Assembly: GCA_002633005.1 (NCBI GenBank)
Contig: NMRA01000189.1
Coordinates: 492,862 to 556,861, forward strand
DNA: 64,000 nt
Origin: Phoronis australis
Lineage: Eukaryota > Animalia > Phoronida
Direction: 5' to 3'
The position numbers were made by a program, and so were the translations under genes. Of the stretch, positions 1 through 11,753 are shown in pieces (the first letter of the stretch is position 1; every line of letters begins with the position of its first letter). The notes under the pieces were generated by a model. It was not told where the DNA came from. It saw only the letters and a program-made list of their open reading frames with translations, and did not search any database.

Positions 1-2639
1 TTAGTTCTCCCGTTTAGTCTAACTTGTTAGGTTGTATAGCACAAGTTGGGCGGGTCAGCTCAGTTCTTTTGTTCGATAGTTGCTCTAATCTCCAATAAGA
101 TCATATCTTATTGACCCACTGCGCTGTGGTGTTAAAAATAAGTTAAGTTATAAAATGTTTGAACATAAATCAATGACATTTCTAAATTTCCCATCCACTA
201 CTGGTCATGCTTAAAGTTTTTGAATCACCAAAATCGCCCAACTATACAATCGCACGCTCAAGACCGCTGCACGTACGTCTCAATGGTAAAGTCACGGAAC
301 GGGAGAACGCCCTAATGAACTTTAACCTGTCATTTATCTATATGACTCCCATGAGGTTATTTTTACAGTTCACATTAAATTTAGAGCCCCCCGGCCCCCT
401 CATGAAATGCGACCTGGGTCGTATTTTAATATTACGTTGTTACCCGTGGTCATTTTCAATACTGAAAACTAAGGCTTATTGGGGCGCGGCACAACAAAAG
501 TACGTCCCAAGTCAGCAGCACGTTTCCTGGATATATGGTATTTCACTTCTTAACTATATTTATGTGAGCATATGGACCCGTCTTACTCCTTCCCCCCTGA
601 TCACTTCGGTCTATTCCATTATTTCCTTTGTGTAGGACTCACACGTCGTTTTCCCAGCCTTCGTATTGGTCTGTTGTTACCACGTTCCTCGAGTTTGGTC
701 AGCTCTTGGCTCTTATTGTCACGTGTCCTTAGGGGTGTTTTCTTTGTTATGGTAACCTCGCTTTCAGTTCATCTTTGTTCCGGCCACACTGTCGTACGTT
801 CAAAAACAACTTATCCAATTTTCCCACCCTCTACCTACCAGTTTTCGTCATTCTTTCGTAATTTCACGTGGCCGGCGCTTTTTTATTACCCATCTTACCA
901 GATATTACCAATCATACGTTATTTACCTGTATTCATTATATTGTAACTGTACTTGTCATAATAAATGACCTTATATCGCCTACCCCCGTCTCCTTTTCAT
1001 CTCTGGTAACGAGCTTGCGACGCGCGTATCATTTATCTATTATTCGGGACATATGTCGATCAAAAAATGTATTTGCATCGAGCGACACGAATTAAACGAT
1101 AAATTTACACGATCTTACTAGTTTTTCTTGAAAAAAAAATAATAAAACGCTCACAGTGGATAACAAGCGTGCAGCCGCTCAGACAATTCGAGAATCCGCC
1201 ACTGGTTGTCTTCTTTTACTTTGATATTTTCCCTATCGACTGATTGGCACTTAAAGATAACGCATGTAAGTGCGACATCACATGTTTTTTATGTTTCTGG
1301 AAAAAATCGCACCCTTCCGCCTCTTTATTTGTTAGATATCGCGCTTTGAAAAGAGCAATTTACCCCGTTTGTTTACACGGCAATTAGCCGTGTCACATGA
1401 CTTGTAACGCTCTCCAATATGGCGTAAAGTTGTCAGCGGCAGGAGCGCGTGCGCCCGGTCTATGTGATGTCTATACATAAACCATTCCTTACTTATGTTA
1501 AGAGTAAAAACGGAATGTACTCTTGAATAGCTTACGGCATTCTATCTTGGGCTTCTTCGGGCAATAATTTGCGACACTGTAACAACATGTTTCTTGGGCG
1601 TGCTACACTGTCTACGTTTACGTCAAAAAGTGGTCTTCATTTTCAGTGAACGTCCTTTCTTATTTTAGTCGATGCAATTGGTTTTAAGCCGGTGACTCAC
1701 ATTGTTTTTTTCGATTCACCATATGTCTTAATAATGCTGTGCTGTCTATGGCGGGAACTGTGATTTCCTTGAGACAATGATGTTGTTGTGGAAAAACGCA
1801 ACTTGAGATCGTTCAGGACTTCGCGAGTTATCGTCACTAATTGCAAGTATTTTTAAGCACAGCAGCACGCTAGCTAGTTCTTCCCAGTACGGAACTATGT
1901 CCAAAGTATAGGAATTAACTTCAGCCGAATTTGAATTGAAAATAACTTAGATTCGAGAGCTGATTGAGCCTAGTGTTGGCTATCCGTGTCAACTTACAGA
2001 AATCGTTGGGCCTAACTGTCATTTTGACATTCTCGTTCACCTGCCAATGACTTGAATGGTTCGTTTGCTCTTTGGAAATGGTAATCAGCCTCCTGTCGTC
2101 ACACGGAAAAGTTTGCGAAACATTTTGTGTGGCGAAAAAACCTGCACTTCTATTGCAATGCAAGTGGCTTGGTAGTGAGTCAATTTTGATTTAAAAATGT
2201 TCGGTCTCGAACTATGCGTGTTGGTTTGTCTGTGTGCGTGTATGTGTCTAATTTGCCACACATTCGATACTAGCGATCACTCGCAATAGAGGATAAATGG
2301 TGCGACTTTTTAATTCATGATTTGAGCCTGCTTTGACGCAAAGGTGTATGTGCGACATTTTCACAGTGAAATGAGAAAACACTGAGCATGATGCTATAGA
2401 GATGGCCATTCAGAAGTATTCCAAAATCGTGTACTTAATTAATCTGAACAATTTTAATCTAATTTTCTGGAAACTTACTTCAACAATATCCAACAACTCA
2501 AAACTAGAGACTGTGGTCCTTCATCAGGTAAAGAATATTGATTTTATTTCCTTGATAACTGCGACCCAGCAGCTCTCTCCAGAAGATTCCATGTATGCGT
2601 CATGATATTTTCGGATCAAGCGTGAGTAGTTCTTATTAA

Positions 2640-2962
2640 AGCCTATCTTGAACAGTAACACCTGAAAATTTGGTTCCTACAGCATCGCTCTGAGCCCACT
2701 AGTGCAATAATATTGCCAAGAATGAAATATAACGAACCGTTCGACGTATTGGCTTGCTTTTGTCTACGTCACCAGATAAGAATAACACCCGCACGCAATG
2801 GTGTTCTATTCAGATCCTTATTCAATGCAACTGCTATCAGCCTTTTGTTGTTTGCGCTGGGATCTCGCGGTGACGCAACATGGCACGAAAAGGCAGCTTC
2901 ATCTATCATTTGACATGTTTATAGTTGCATGATTGAACTCGCGTTTTCCGTTGAAGTTGGCA
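2640..2962. mobile_element. Kolobok-type non-autonomous MITE, copy 1 (internally deleted)
   Basis: TTAA at 2636-2639 precedes AGCCTATCTTGAAC; the end is GTTGAAGTTGGCA followed by TGAA (degenerate TTAA). The body is a reverse-complement match to 4878-5283. TTAA target with AG..CT termini fits Kolobok. Confidence 0.7.
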
Positions 2963-3799
2963 TGAACAACGCAGGTGTTATGATGAGCCAGTCAACATTT
3001 GTAACCGTACTCATTTTAGACCTCGGTTAATGACATCTGTTGTACACAAAAATACCAGTGCACCAGCTAACTGTCTTAGAACAAAAATAAAAATAAAAAT
3101 AGATAGCATAACAATTAAGAAGAGGTCACACTGGTGTCATCCACCTTCTGTCAGTTTACAACTAGAAGACTGCGGTTTACTGTGCGACGTGAAACCCTTC
3201 ATGAACTGGACCTGGCAAGGTGTGGCAGCATGAACACATAATGAGTGCAATATAAACAAAGAGAAGACATTTAATTTGACATGTACGTGATCGATCAGAT
3301 ATCCAGTTAAAGCTAAGCGTAACCCGCAAAATTACTTGAATTGTTTTCTTTACTTCGAATTTTAATCAAAAGCAATCAATCAATCAGTTTGCGATCTCAA
3401 CCGCACGGCTCCCCTTAGTGCAGCGCAGGTCAAATTTTGAGATCAGTCAATCAGCACGTATTTACCTATACTGATGAAATAAAAAATCAAAAGGTCAGCG
3501 CTCCCTGAGCACGTTATTTGTCAGATTTCAAATGCTTGAAATGTCAATAGCTAACTCAACGCACACCACTCCTGCTTTGCGCTGCCTAAATGACATTGCC
3601 ACGGTTTATAGCTACGGTGAGCTGCGGTCAGGCAACCAATCCATGAAGCCAATGGTAGCGAAATCGGCGACTATCGTACTTCGTCCGTGATCAATTGTCA
3701 GTGATGCACCGCCTTAGCTCGCCACTGTAATTTTGAAAAAGTACGACGAAGTACGACGGTTCACGATAGCGTTAAACAGTTTAAACTTATGTGCCAAAG

Positions 3800-3823
3800 T
3801 ATTATTAATATTATTATTATTAA

Positions 3824-3877
<54 letters not shown>

Positions 3878-3904
3878 ATTATTATTATTATATTATTATT
3901 ATTA
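3800..3904. repeat. (ATT)n microsatellite, probably the 3' tail of the minus-strand LINE
   Basis: About 100 bp of imperfect ATT repeat directly beside TTTATT (AATAAA on minus). Confidence 0.9.
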
Positions 3905-4292
3905 GTTTATTTGATAATACAATTACAATAATAATTACAATGGTAAATACAGTAATAGGTGTAAGGTACAAGAAGTTCAGAAAATAATTATGTACACTAT
4001 CTGAATAACACCAACAAGTTAAAAACCTATTTCCGTGGTGGTCCATACACAAATTGAAAAATTAAAGAAAATAAATATGAAGAGTAAACAATAAATTGTG
4101 AATAATTATACAGGAGAATTGAGAGATGTGAAAGAAACTAGCTACAGGTGAAAATAAACTGAAGATACTGCAGGATGAAGTGAAATGATAGATGACAAAT
4201 AACTAGATAAATAAATTAATTAATTAATGAACAAAGTAGTAAAATAGTTTAAAATTAGAAGTATCTCTTCTCTCAATAAAGCTAAATAAATA

Positions 4293-4640
4293 TTGTTACT
4301 TGGTGAAATACATTTCGCTAAGTATGTTGCTTTGCCATCGTTTTTTTGTTTGTTCACACTCTACAGGTCGCATTTTTCGTCCGATTTCTACGAAATTTAC
4401 ACACAAGTTCTAGTTCTGGAAGTCTGGAATCCTATTGTTTTTCGTCGTGATCGGATCCAATATGGCGGACGTTTCAAACTCAAATGCTCAGAGTCCGTAC
4501 TTTTTCACATACATAGCTAAAAATCGGCACGTTTATTGTACTATACGTTTGCTACAAGTGTGCTGAAAATTTTTTACTTCCAGTTAAAGATAGCTGAAAT
4601 ATGGGCAATTGCGCATGCTCACCTCGTTTGAGTTGTCGTT
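4293..4640. mobile_element. Probable non-autonomous (Helitron-like) insertion in the LINE relic
   Basis: Interrupts the LINE between its coding end and 3' UTR. Motifs CCGATTTCTACGAAATTTACACA and GATCGGATCCAATATGGCGG recall invertebrate non-autonomous repeats; the family is an inference. Confidence 0.35.
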
Positions 4641-4877
4641 TAAAACTATTTAGATCTCAAATGTCTCTCTGGTTGTCACGTGAATTCCACAGAACTATGA
4701 TTGAATTTAAAGAAGTTTTAGGTCTATGTTCTTCTACTCTTGGTTGAATGAAACCACTATTGCATCTTTTAGTTCTGTGAGAATGGTCGTGTTTAAATGC
4801 TGAAAAGTGATCAAGGAGATAATTTGGGGCGTTAATATGAACAATTTTATGAAAAAGATGGACCTTGAGTTGGTAAA

Positions 4878-5283
4878 AGCCTAACTTCAACGGAATTTTG
4901 TTACTTTAGATGTATTAGGCTAACCAGATAGTCCTAGCAAAGCTTTAGTAAAATAAGAAAACGCGAGTTCAATCACGCAAGTGTAAGCCCGTCAAATGAT
5001 AAGTGAAGCTGTCTTTTCGTGCCATGTTGCGTCACCGCGAGATCCCAGCGCAAACAACAAAAGGTTATATTGAATAGGGGTCTTAATAGAACTCCATTGC
5101 GTGCGGGTGATATTCGCAGCTGTTTGAATTAAAACGTGATTCTCTCGGTGACTTAGACAAAAGTGAGCCAATACGCCTAACAGTTCGTTACATTTGGCAA
5201 TTTATGGCACTAGTGGGTTCAGAGCGATGCTCTTAACATACTGCAGGTACCAATTTTACATGTGTTATCGTTGAAGATAGGCT
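4878..5283. mobile_element. Kolobok-type MITE, copy 2, inserted into the LINE reading frame at a TTAA
   Basis: Terminal inverted repeats AGCCTAACTTCAAC / GTTGAAGATAGGCT; flanks TAAA (4874-4877) and TTAA (5284-5287). Removing it restores the LINE frame R-V-N-Q-L-K. Confidence 0.8.
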
Positions 5284-5759
5284 TTAACTCGAGTTCTAAT
5301 ATTTAGCCATCTAAGAGACTTACAATGTTAAAAACTAATGTAGGAGGGTCTGAACTGAGTATATATCTATTTAATTTGTTTTGAAACACCTGGAACTAAC
5401 ATCAAACAAAGGAATTATTAGTGAATTGCACCTAAGGCCAACTTCTATGCTTTGATTTTAGTCTTGCATTTTTTAATAATAGGCTTGGCTGTCTCCTTAA
5501 ATAAGAGTTTGTTATCGATTTGGAGACCAAGATATCTCAATGATGAGTATAAAGTGATAACACTGTCGTTACCAGTTACATTAAAATCAACATGGTTTGA
5601 TTTACTAAAAATGAGTTTTACCAACATGAAGGGATAGTTTGTTGTCAATAAACCAATCAGTATAGTTCGGTAGCAGCTCTTCATTAATACAAACTTCGTT
5701 GGAAACACGACTAAACGTTTTGTTTAAAAGCTTGATACTGATTCGCTCGTGGTGTAGAA

Positions 5760-6445
5760 ACAATTTACTTTCTTCAGGTGTGCAGCTATATAGCAAACAA
5801 CCGAGAGACATAACAAACGAATTAAAACACTAGCTATATTTCGAGACTGCATGTCTCACCATCAGGCAATAAGAGGAATGAACATATCCGAAGCTGAATA
5901 AACAGTGAAATACAGGTGACAGCGAGAAGCAGAGATTGTGAATGCAACACACGGTAGGAAGCCCACAAGCCTATCGAAACAGAGCCAACGGGTGGTACAT
6001 ACCTACCTGTAGGAGCTGCTCGATCAACACAAGTTTTTCGTGACTGATTAACAGCGATTCCGCAATCTTCAGCCGAGATGTGTTATTTTCAACATAGCGA
6101 ATGATGGTATTGCCTAGTTGTTTTTCACAGTCATGTTGGTGAGCAAAATGTTCTTGAATGGACCCCGCTGCAAGTGCATAGTGACAACCGTCGCGAGAGA
6201 GAACACACCGTGTGTACAATGTAACGCTGATCAAGAGAATGAGGACGAATGGCATGTGAATTGGTAAACAACATTACATTTGGCCACTGAACGTAGTCTT
6301 TCACGACTTGATTGTTTTTCATGATTATGAACTGAATAACTACATTCAATCCATCACCAGGTTTGACCACCTTAACATTCCTTACAATCTTCTTAAGAAC
6401 ATGTTCGTCACTCATATAATTATTAGACATGCAGTTCTTATAATA
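5760..6445 (-). mobile_element. Penelope-like element 3' fragment (GIY-YIG endonuclease relic and pLTR)
   Basis: Frameshifted LYYKNCMSNNYMSDEHVLKKIVRNV..IMKNN..YIVHTVCSLSRRL..GSIQEHF..H..NTII..RLKIAESLLISHEK matches PLE GIY-YIG C-termini; a hammerhead motif lies downstream. Confidence 0.8.
5832..5869 (-). ncRNA. Minimal hammerhead ribozyme motif, probably inactivated
   Basis: Minus strand reads GC-CUGAUGG-U-GAGAC-AUGCA-GUCUC-GAAA-U-AUA-GC: perfect 5-bp stem II and GAAA, with CUGANGA changed to CUGAUGG. Confidence 0.65.
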
Positions 6446-6667
6446 CAGTGACGGATCTAGGATACCATAAGGGGGGACATGTTGCCTCGGGGAATTGGGC
6501 AAAGCGCGACTGTATGTGCACAGGCGGCCCGAAAGTTGCGGGGGCCGAGTATGTGGAACTTCTGTCTAGAAAATCTATCGGTGGACTAAAAAAACGAGTT
6601 ACAACTATTATTAAAATCTTAAAACACACTGGGTCGGCGGCTGACAAAAGCCAAACCAAGAACCGAC
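6446..6667 (+). mobile_element. GC-rich MITE-like fragment between the two Penelope pieces
   Basis: Begins CAGTGACGGATCTAGGATA..AGGGGGG, similar to CAGTGGCGGATCTAGGATA near 47122. Confidence 0.45.
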
Positions 6668-6987
6668 ATGGGGAATCATATGTCGGTGAGACATTGAGAC
6701 CGCCGGAAATGAGAATTGCTGACCATAAGAGGTGTTGTAGAGAAGATAATACCCCATGAGGAGTAGCAAAACACATGTGGTCGAAACGACACAATATCCA
6801 GTGGAAAAACATTCCAATACTAGACAGTGAAACAGGATGGACCAAGAGAAAGACCAATGAAGCCATGTTCATGAAAGTACAAAGCGATATCTTCAGTCAG
6901 CCAAGCAACCAACCAAGTGGCACCTGACTCAGTCTACTTAGGAAGGTTTAAGTTTTGTTAAATTCCCTCTACTGAAGTGAATGGGTG

Positions 6988-7060
6988 ACTCCGTGGTGTA
7001 GGGGTTAAGGTCAAAATATCTGTAGTTTCAGACGTCGGGGGTTCAAATCCTTCCTCGGAC
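6988..7060 (+). repeat. tRNA-derived (SINE-head-like) sequence
   Basis: A-box-like TGGTGTAGGGG and B-box GGTTCAAATCC, followed by an (AATAT)n tail; no convincing cloverleaf. Confidence 0.55.
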
Positions 7061-7140
7061 AATATAATATAATATAATGAAAAAATCACACCATGATGAA
7101 AGTAACAGTGTCCCTGCTCGCTCTTCTAAGAACGCAGGAA

Positions 7141-7183
7141 CACCTGACGATGGCCGGAGAATAGACCGACCGAAACGTCGTGA
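7141..7183 (+). ncRNA. Minimal type I hammerhead ribozyme of the Penelope pLTR
   Basis: CAC-CUGACGA-U-GGCCGG-AGAAUAGA-CCGACC-GAAAC-GUC-GUG: intact CUGANGA and GAAA, stem II with one mismatch, GUC cleavage triplet, stem I CAC/GUG. Confidence 0.8.
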
Positions 7184-8459
7184 CAGTGTAAATAGACAAG
7201 GGGTCGGTGTAAATAGACCAAGAGATTTTAATAATAGTTGTTTCTACAATCGATGTAGGGCTTGTAGGCCATTGAAGTTTGAGCCGCTGTCTACACGACA
7301 TTCGTAAAATTTACATTCGATTTAGAAATCGTTATGAAATCAATCTAGTCAAAACACTGAGGTGATTTCTGGAAACCGAAATTTCTCAATATCTAGTTCT
7401 TTTTGCCATGCCTATCAAAGGAAAAGGCCAGTGCATACTCTCTTGGTACACGTTAACATAAATTTAGAGCCTAGTAGAAGTGACAACGTGCCGATGTATG
7501 CTTACAAGTCGTTCTGTAAAAAAATCTGTGACCCAATAACATAATTATGTGCTCAAACAAAGCCAAACTGAGCTCTTGCTTATAAATTTTGATTTTGATA
7601 TTGGCATGACAACTTTTGGCTCACGGGCAAACTCGGTGCAGCAAAAAGTACAACTCGCTTGAATTTTGATTTTGCAAGTGATAATGTACTTTAAATGCTC
7701 TTCTGGGTCAATTAGCTACAGCCTACACGCATGGCTTCCTAATAACAATGAAACAACAAGGAGTAAAATCAGAACATCTTTTATCTTAGTAATGAATATT
7801 TTTTTAAGTATTTCACGTCTCACATGTGTCATGATTATGAAACAACACTGAACTTGACAACTGTAGTTGTGTCATTCAGATACATGTACATGTACATGTA
7901 TGTTACCTCAATGATTTTTATCTACAGATCAAGACTTCCATCAAGTGTGAATCAGTTCAGGAGTTAACTTTGCCTTTTAAGTTGTTTCAATTTTTATCAC
8001 CATTAAGGTTCAAGCTAAAAACGGCCAAACGAGTATCGTATTGTCTCAAAGCTCTATTTGACTCGGGCAGCGCCATGCGTAATAAGACAACTTAATTGGC
8101 AATATATTTTCATCCCAAAGTACAGTATTAATGTTCTACATATATACAAATTGTTTATCCCGTTGACTCTCATCTATTTGAACTAATATCACATCCGTAG
8201 TACGCCAATCCATTTCAGTTGTTAATGTTACTAATCCATCAGTTTTCTATTTGCAAGATTTAGCCTAACTCAATGCAATTAAATTAGAGGTGGTGGAAAT
8301 TTTCATGCCTACCCTAGTGTTCATAGCTTTTGTCCTTACTTCATTACTTTTAGTCTATTCACGCACTTGTATATACTTCTTTTTCTCTTGTTAGATAAGC
8401 ATGTTAACTATGAAATGTATGAATTTATCAGTATTTAACTACAGACATAATAATAATAA

Positions 8460-11307
8460 TTGTTCGGGTGTCTAGAAAACAAAAATACCCCACTGCTTTT
8501 CGTCTATATTACGCTCGACCTCACTCTTCTACTACGAAAGCGACCTCGAACTGAGCACTTACGTAATGTTTACTGCACAATGAAGAACTCATGTTGTGAT
8601 ATCCGAGTTATCATTGAGCAAAGTCTTTTGACTGCTGGTGACATAGAGGTCAATCCAGGATCAGGCACTCAGGGTTTAGCCAGCTTCAAGGTCTTATTCA
8701 CTAATATCAACAGTATCAAGGCGAACAATCTTTCAAGATTTGATCTTCTCAAGCAAGTTATTACAGACAACAATTACATGGTCATTGCTATATGTGAATC
8801 TGGAACACTGTCCGAAGACAACCTCAGTGCACTTATTATTCCAGAATACCACATTGCCTACCACACTAACGCCGGGAGGGGGTTGATCTTGTTTGTCCAC
8901 AACTCCGTAAATTACAAAACAATTGATGATAAAATTATACAATCAATGAGTAACTGTTGGATTGAACTTTACGTCAACCACAAAAAGGTATATTACGGTT
9001 TTTTCTATCGCTCACCCTCACAGACGTCTCATGAACGGAAAGCATATTTCAAAACCTTTTCAGAACAATTGCAAGAACTCTCTCAAACTAATAAAACAAT
9101 TGTTATCAACGGGGATTTCAACGCAAGAAATAGTACTTGGTACTCTGAAGACAATGACAACCAAGCCGGTCTCGAATTATTCGATATTCTCCTCACAAAT
9201 GACTGTATACAACTAATAAACGAGCCGACACGTTTAACAGAGTATTCACATTCTTGCCTTGATTTATGTATAACAAACAATCTCGGATTAATTGAATCCA
9301 CTTCTGTAAGGCCTCCCATTGGTAACTCAGACCACCACGTTATAGAAACAACATTCACACTCAACTGCGCACCTAAAGAACCAGACATTATGAAGAAGAT
9401 CTGGAATTACAACCTCATTAACATGGACAAACTGCGCTCTGACATAACCACATTCAACTGGACTGAAATACTTAACAAAAGTGACATAAATGACGCAGTC
9501 TCAATATTCACACAGTCACTCTACAACATATTAGATAATAATATCCCATCAACCATGAAAACAATAAAAAACAAGAACAAACCGTGGTTCAACAGTAACA
9601 TTAAGTCTGAAATAAATAAAAGAAATAAACTGTACAGATCCTTCAGAAGATCAAATAACCCATGCACGTTCAAGTGCTACAAAGAACAGTGCAAGAATGT
9701 GGAAGAACTAATTAAAAAGACAAAACAAGACTATAAGATGAAAGTTATCTCCAATATCAAAAATGTCTCCAAAAATTCTAAGGAATATTGGGATATAGTA
9801 AACAAAATTCGAGGACAGGTAAAGCAATTATCATACCCCACTATCCACTCAAAAGAATCCAACTCTCAGGCGTCATCCAAAGCCGATAAAAGTATCTTAT
9901 TTCTCGACTACTTCACTGCCAAGAGTCACATTGCACCAACAATAAACTATCCAGAATTCCCAAACAGAACATTAGAACACCTCTCTTACGTAGAAGCCCA
10001 ACCATCTGAAGTCAGAAAACTACTAGAAAACATTGACGAAAACAAAAACGACGGTACCAATCTCATAACCAATAAAATGATCAAGATAATAGCAATAGAG
10101 CTTACACTTCCTCTGACAACATTATACAACAAAATACTACAATCTGGAAAATTTCCTTCCAACTGGAAGCTTGGCGTTATGATACCAATACACAAAAAGA
10201 ACTCCAAAACAGACATTGCCAACTATCGCCGCATAACTCTACTTAACACCTTATCCAAAATTTTAGAAAAAATCATTTCCCAGCACATGTTTGAACACCT
10301 CTCTTCACAAAACCTCATATATCGTCGCCAATTTGGATTCATGCCTGGTAACAGCACTGTGTCTCAACTTACAGAAATTGTACACGACATCCACCTCCAG
10401 TTTGAGCAAGGGTACAACGTGAGATCCGTATTTTTAGACATTGCGTCAGCTTTTGATGTCGTTCCCCATGACCTGCTTCTACATAAATTACAATCTTACG
10501 GTTTCTCAGGCACTCTCCTCTTACTTTCAAAATCATATCTGGAAAATCGAACTTACAAAGTCCGAATTGAGGGTGTCTTATCACCTTCATCAACGCCAGG
10601 TTTCGTAAATGCTGGAGTACCACAGGGTAGCGTACTAGGCCCCTTACTCTTTTTACTGTACATCAATGATCTTCCAGACGCGATAAGCTCTAAAACATTC
10701 TTAAATGCTGATGACACTGCAATTTTCCACCCATTCTCAAAAGAGCATCCCATGACTCCTTACAATTGCAAACTGACCTTAACAAACTCTATGACTGGTC
10801 TCACAAATGGAAGATGAAATTTAAACCTGAAAAAGTGTTGATCTTATATTTTCTAAGTCTAATAATACTCATTTCCAAACAAATCCAACACTGGAATTAT
10901 CACTCAATGGGGAAGTTATTCCCAATAACTTCACGCACAAACATCATGGCTTGCTACTCGACCATAAGCTTACATTTACTCCTCATTGTGGCGATTTCGT
11001 TCAAAAAGTACAAAAATTAATTAATCCGATTAGAATTATCTCTCGTCATCTCAACCGCTTGCATCTTGAAACTCTGTTCAAGTCTTTTGTACTTCCACAT
11101 CTAGATTACTGTGACATAATCTACCAATCGGCAAACGCTGGCATACTTCTTCAATTAGAAAGACTACAATACCAAGCAGCTTTAGCCATAACCGGGGCAT
11201 ACAAAGGGTCCAACACAATCAAGGTTCTAAATAGTCTTCACTGGAGCAAACTAGCAACCCCTCGTAAACTCCACCTGTCCATGTATACATTCAAACAATT
11301 ACTCTAA
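8460..11307 (+). pseudogene. LINE ORF2: APE endonuclease and reverse transcriptase, frameshifted
   Basis: APE motifs TNINS, ICES, YRSP, GDFNA, LDL, SDH; RT motifs [38 protein letters not shown]. The catalytic YADD reads NADD. Frameshifts near 10760-10950 split it across three ORFs. Confidence 0.93.
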
Positions 11308-11481
11308 CAAAATCCTCTTTGACTCGTACAAAAGACCAAGCACGAGACCAGGACTCCGGCAAAACAATATGTATACTATTCCAGCCTCCATCAGCCAAGC
11401 CTTCAGAAGATCAACGATATTAACTTTTATACCACAATATTAGCGTCAAATGGCAGATACAACCGTGTAATAACCCATAAA

Positions 11482-11590
11482 GTTATCTCACTAGTGAGAT
11501 AACGATTTGGCGGGAAACCGAGGACGGGGTCGAACCCGGGACCCTAATATTGCTGGTCGCCGACTTTAACCACTACACCACTCAGCGACT
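11482..11590 (-). repeat. tRNA-like sequence with an adjacent perfect palindrome, inserted in the LINE 3' region
   Basis: Minus strand TGGTGTAGTGG (A box) and GGTTCGACCCC (B box); GTTATCTCACTAGTGAGATAAC at 11482-11503 is a perfect 22-bp palindrome. Confidence 0.55.
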
Positions 11591-11753
11591 GACGTCATCA
11601 AGTGTGAAAATAGAATACTTAAATGAGCACGCGCAATAATCGCACGTTCAACAAACCGCATTGTATTGTACTTATACGCTCCGAAAAATAAGACACATAA
11701 TTTCCATAAAAATGATATCTTAATTCAGTGAATTTTTTCTCTCATGTCCTCTT

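Larger units (their letters stand above)
3800..5720 (-). mobile_element. Decayed 5'-truncated L2/Crack-type LINE (RT C-terminus and 3' UTR), interrupted by insertions
   Basis: Minus-strand fragments WFIDNKLSLHVGKT, LRYLGLQIDNKLLFK, FQNKLNRYIL, LRWLNIRTRV/QLKVHLFHKIVHINAPNYL..LWNS resemble CR1/L2-group ORF2 C-termini. 3' UTR motif GGACCACCACGGAAATAGG near 4025-4044, then AATAAA and (TAA)n. Confidence 0.8.
6668..7230 (+). mobile_element. Second Penelope-like 3' fragment (GIY-YIG relic and pLTR)
   Basis: SYVGETLRPPEMRIADHKR..*GVAKHMWSKRHNIQWKNIPILDSETGWTKRKTNEAMFM fits the Penelope/Poseidon GIY-YIG pattern; hammerhead at 7141-7183. Confidence 0.85.

Noticed and set aside
207-1095. Overlapping ORFs at the window start
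   Set aside because: No recognisable motifs or splice-supported structure; consistent with chance ORFs.
2640-5283. One 2.6-kb TTAA-flanked transposon with ~280-bp TIRs
   Set aside because: Each apparent arm has its own pair of short TIRs, and the LINE frame runs through the right one, so these are two separate MITE copies in opposite orientation.
6757-6759. Selenocysteine UGA in the Penelope GIY-YIG fragment
   Set aside because: The position corresponds to a usual Ser (TCA to TGA) in a decayed fragment rather than a conserved Cys, and I saw no SECIS.
6988-7060. Functional tRNA genes (also near 11505-11590, 47335-47405 and 58223-58295)
   Set aside because: A and B boxes are present, but acceptor and anticodon stems do not pair well and the context is repetitive; treated as tRNA-derived repeats.
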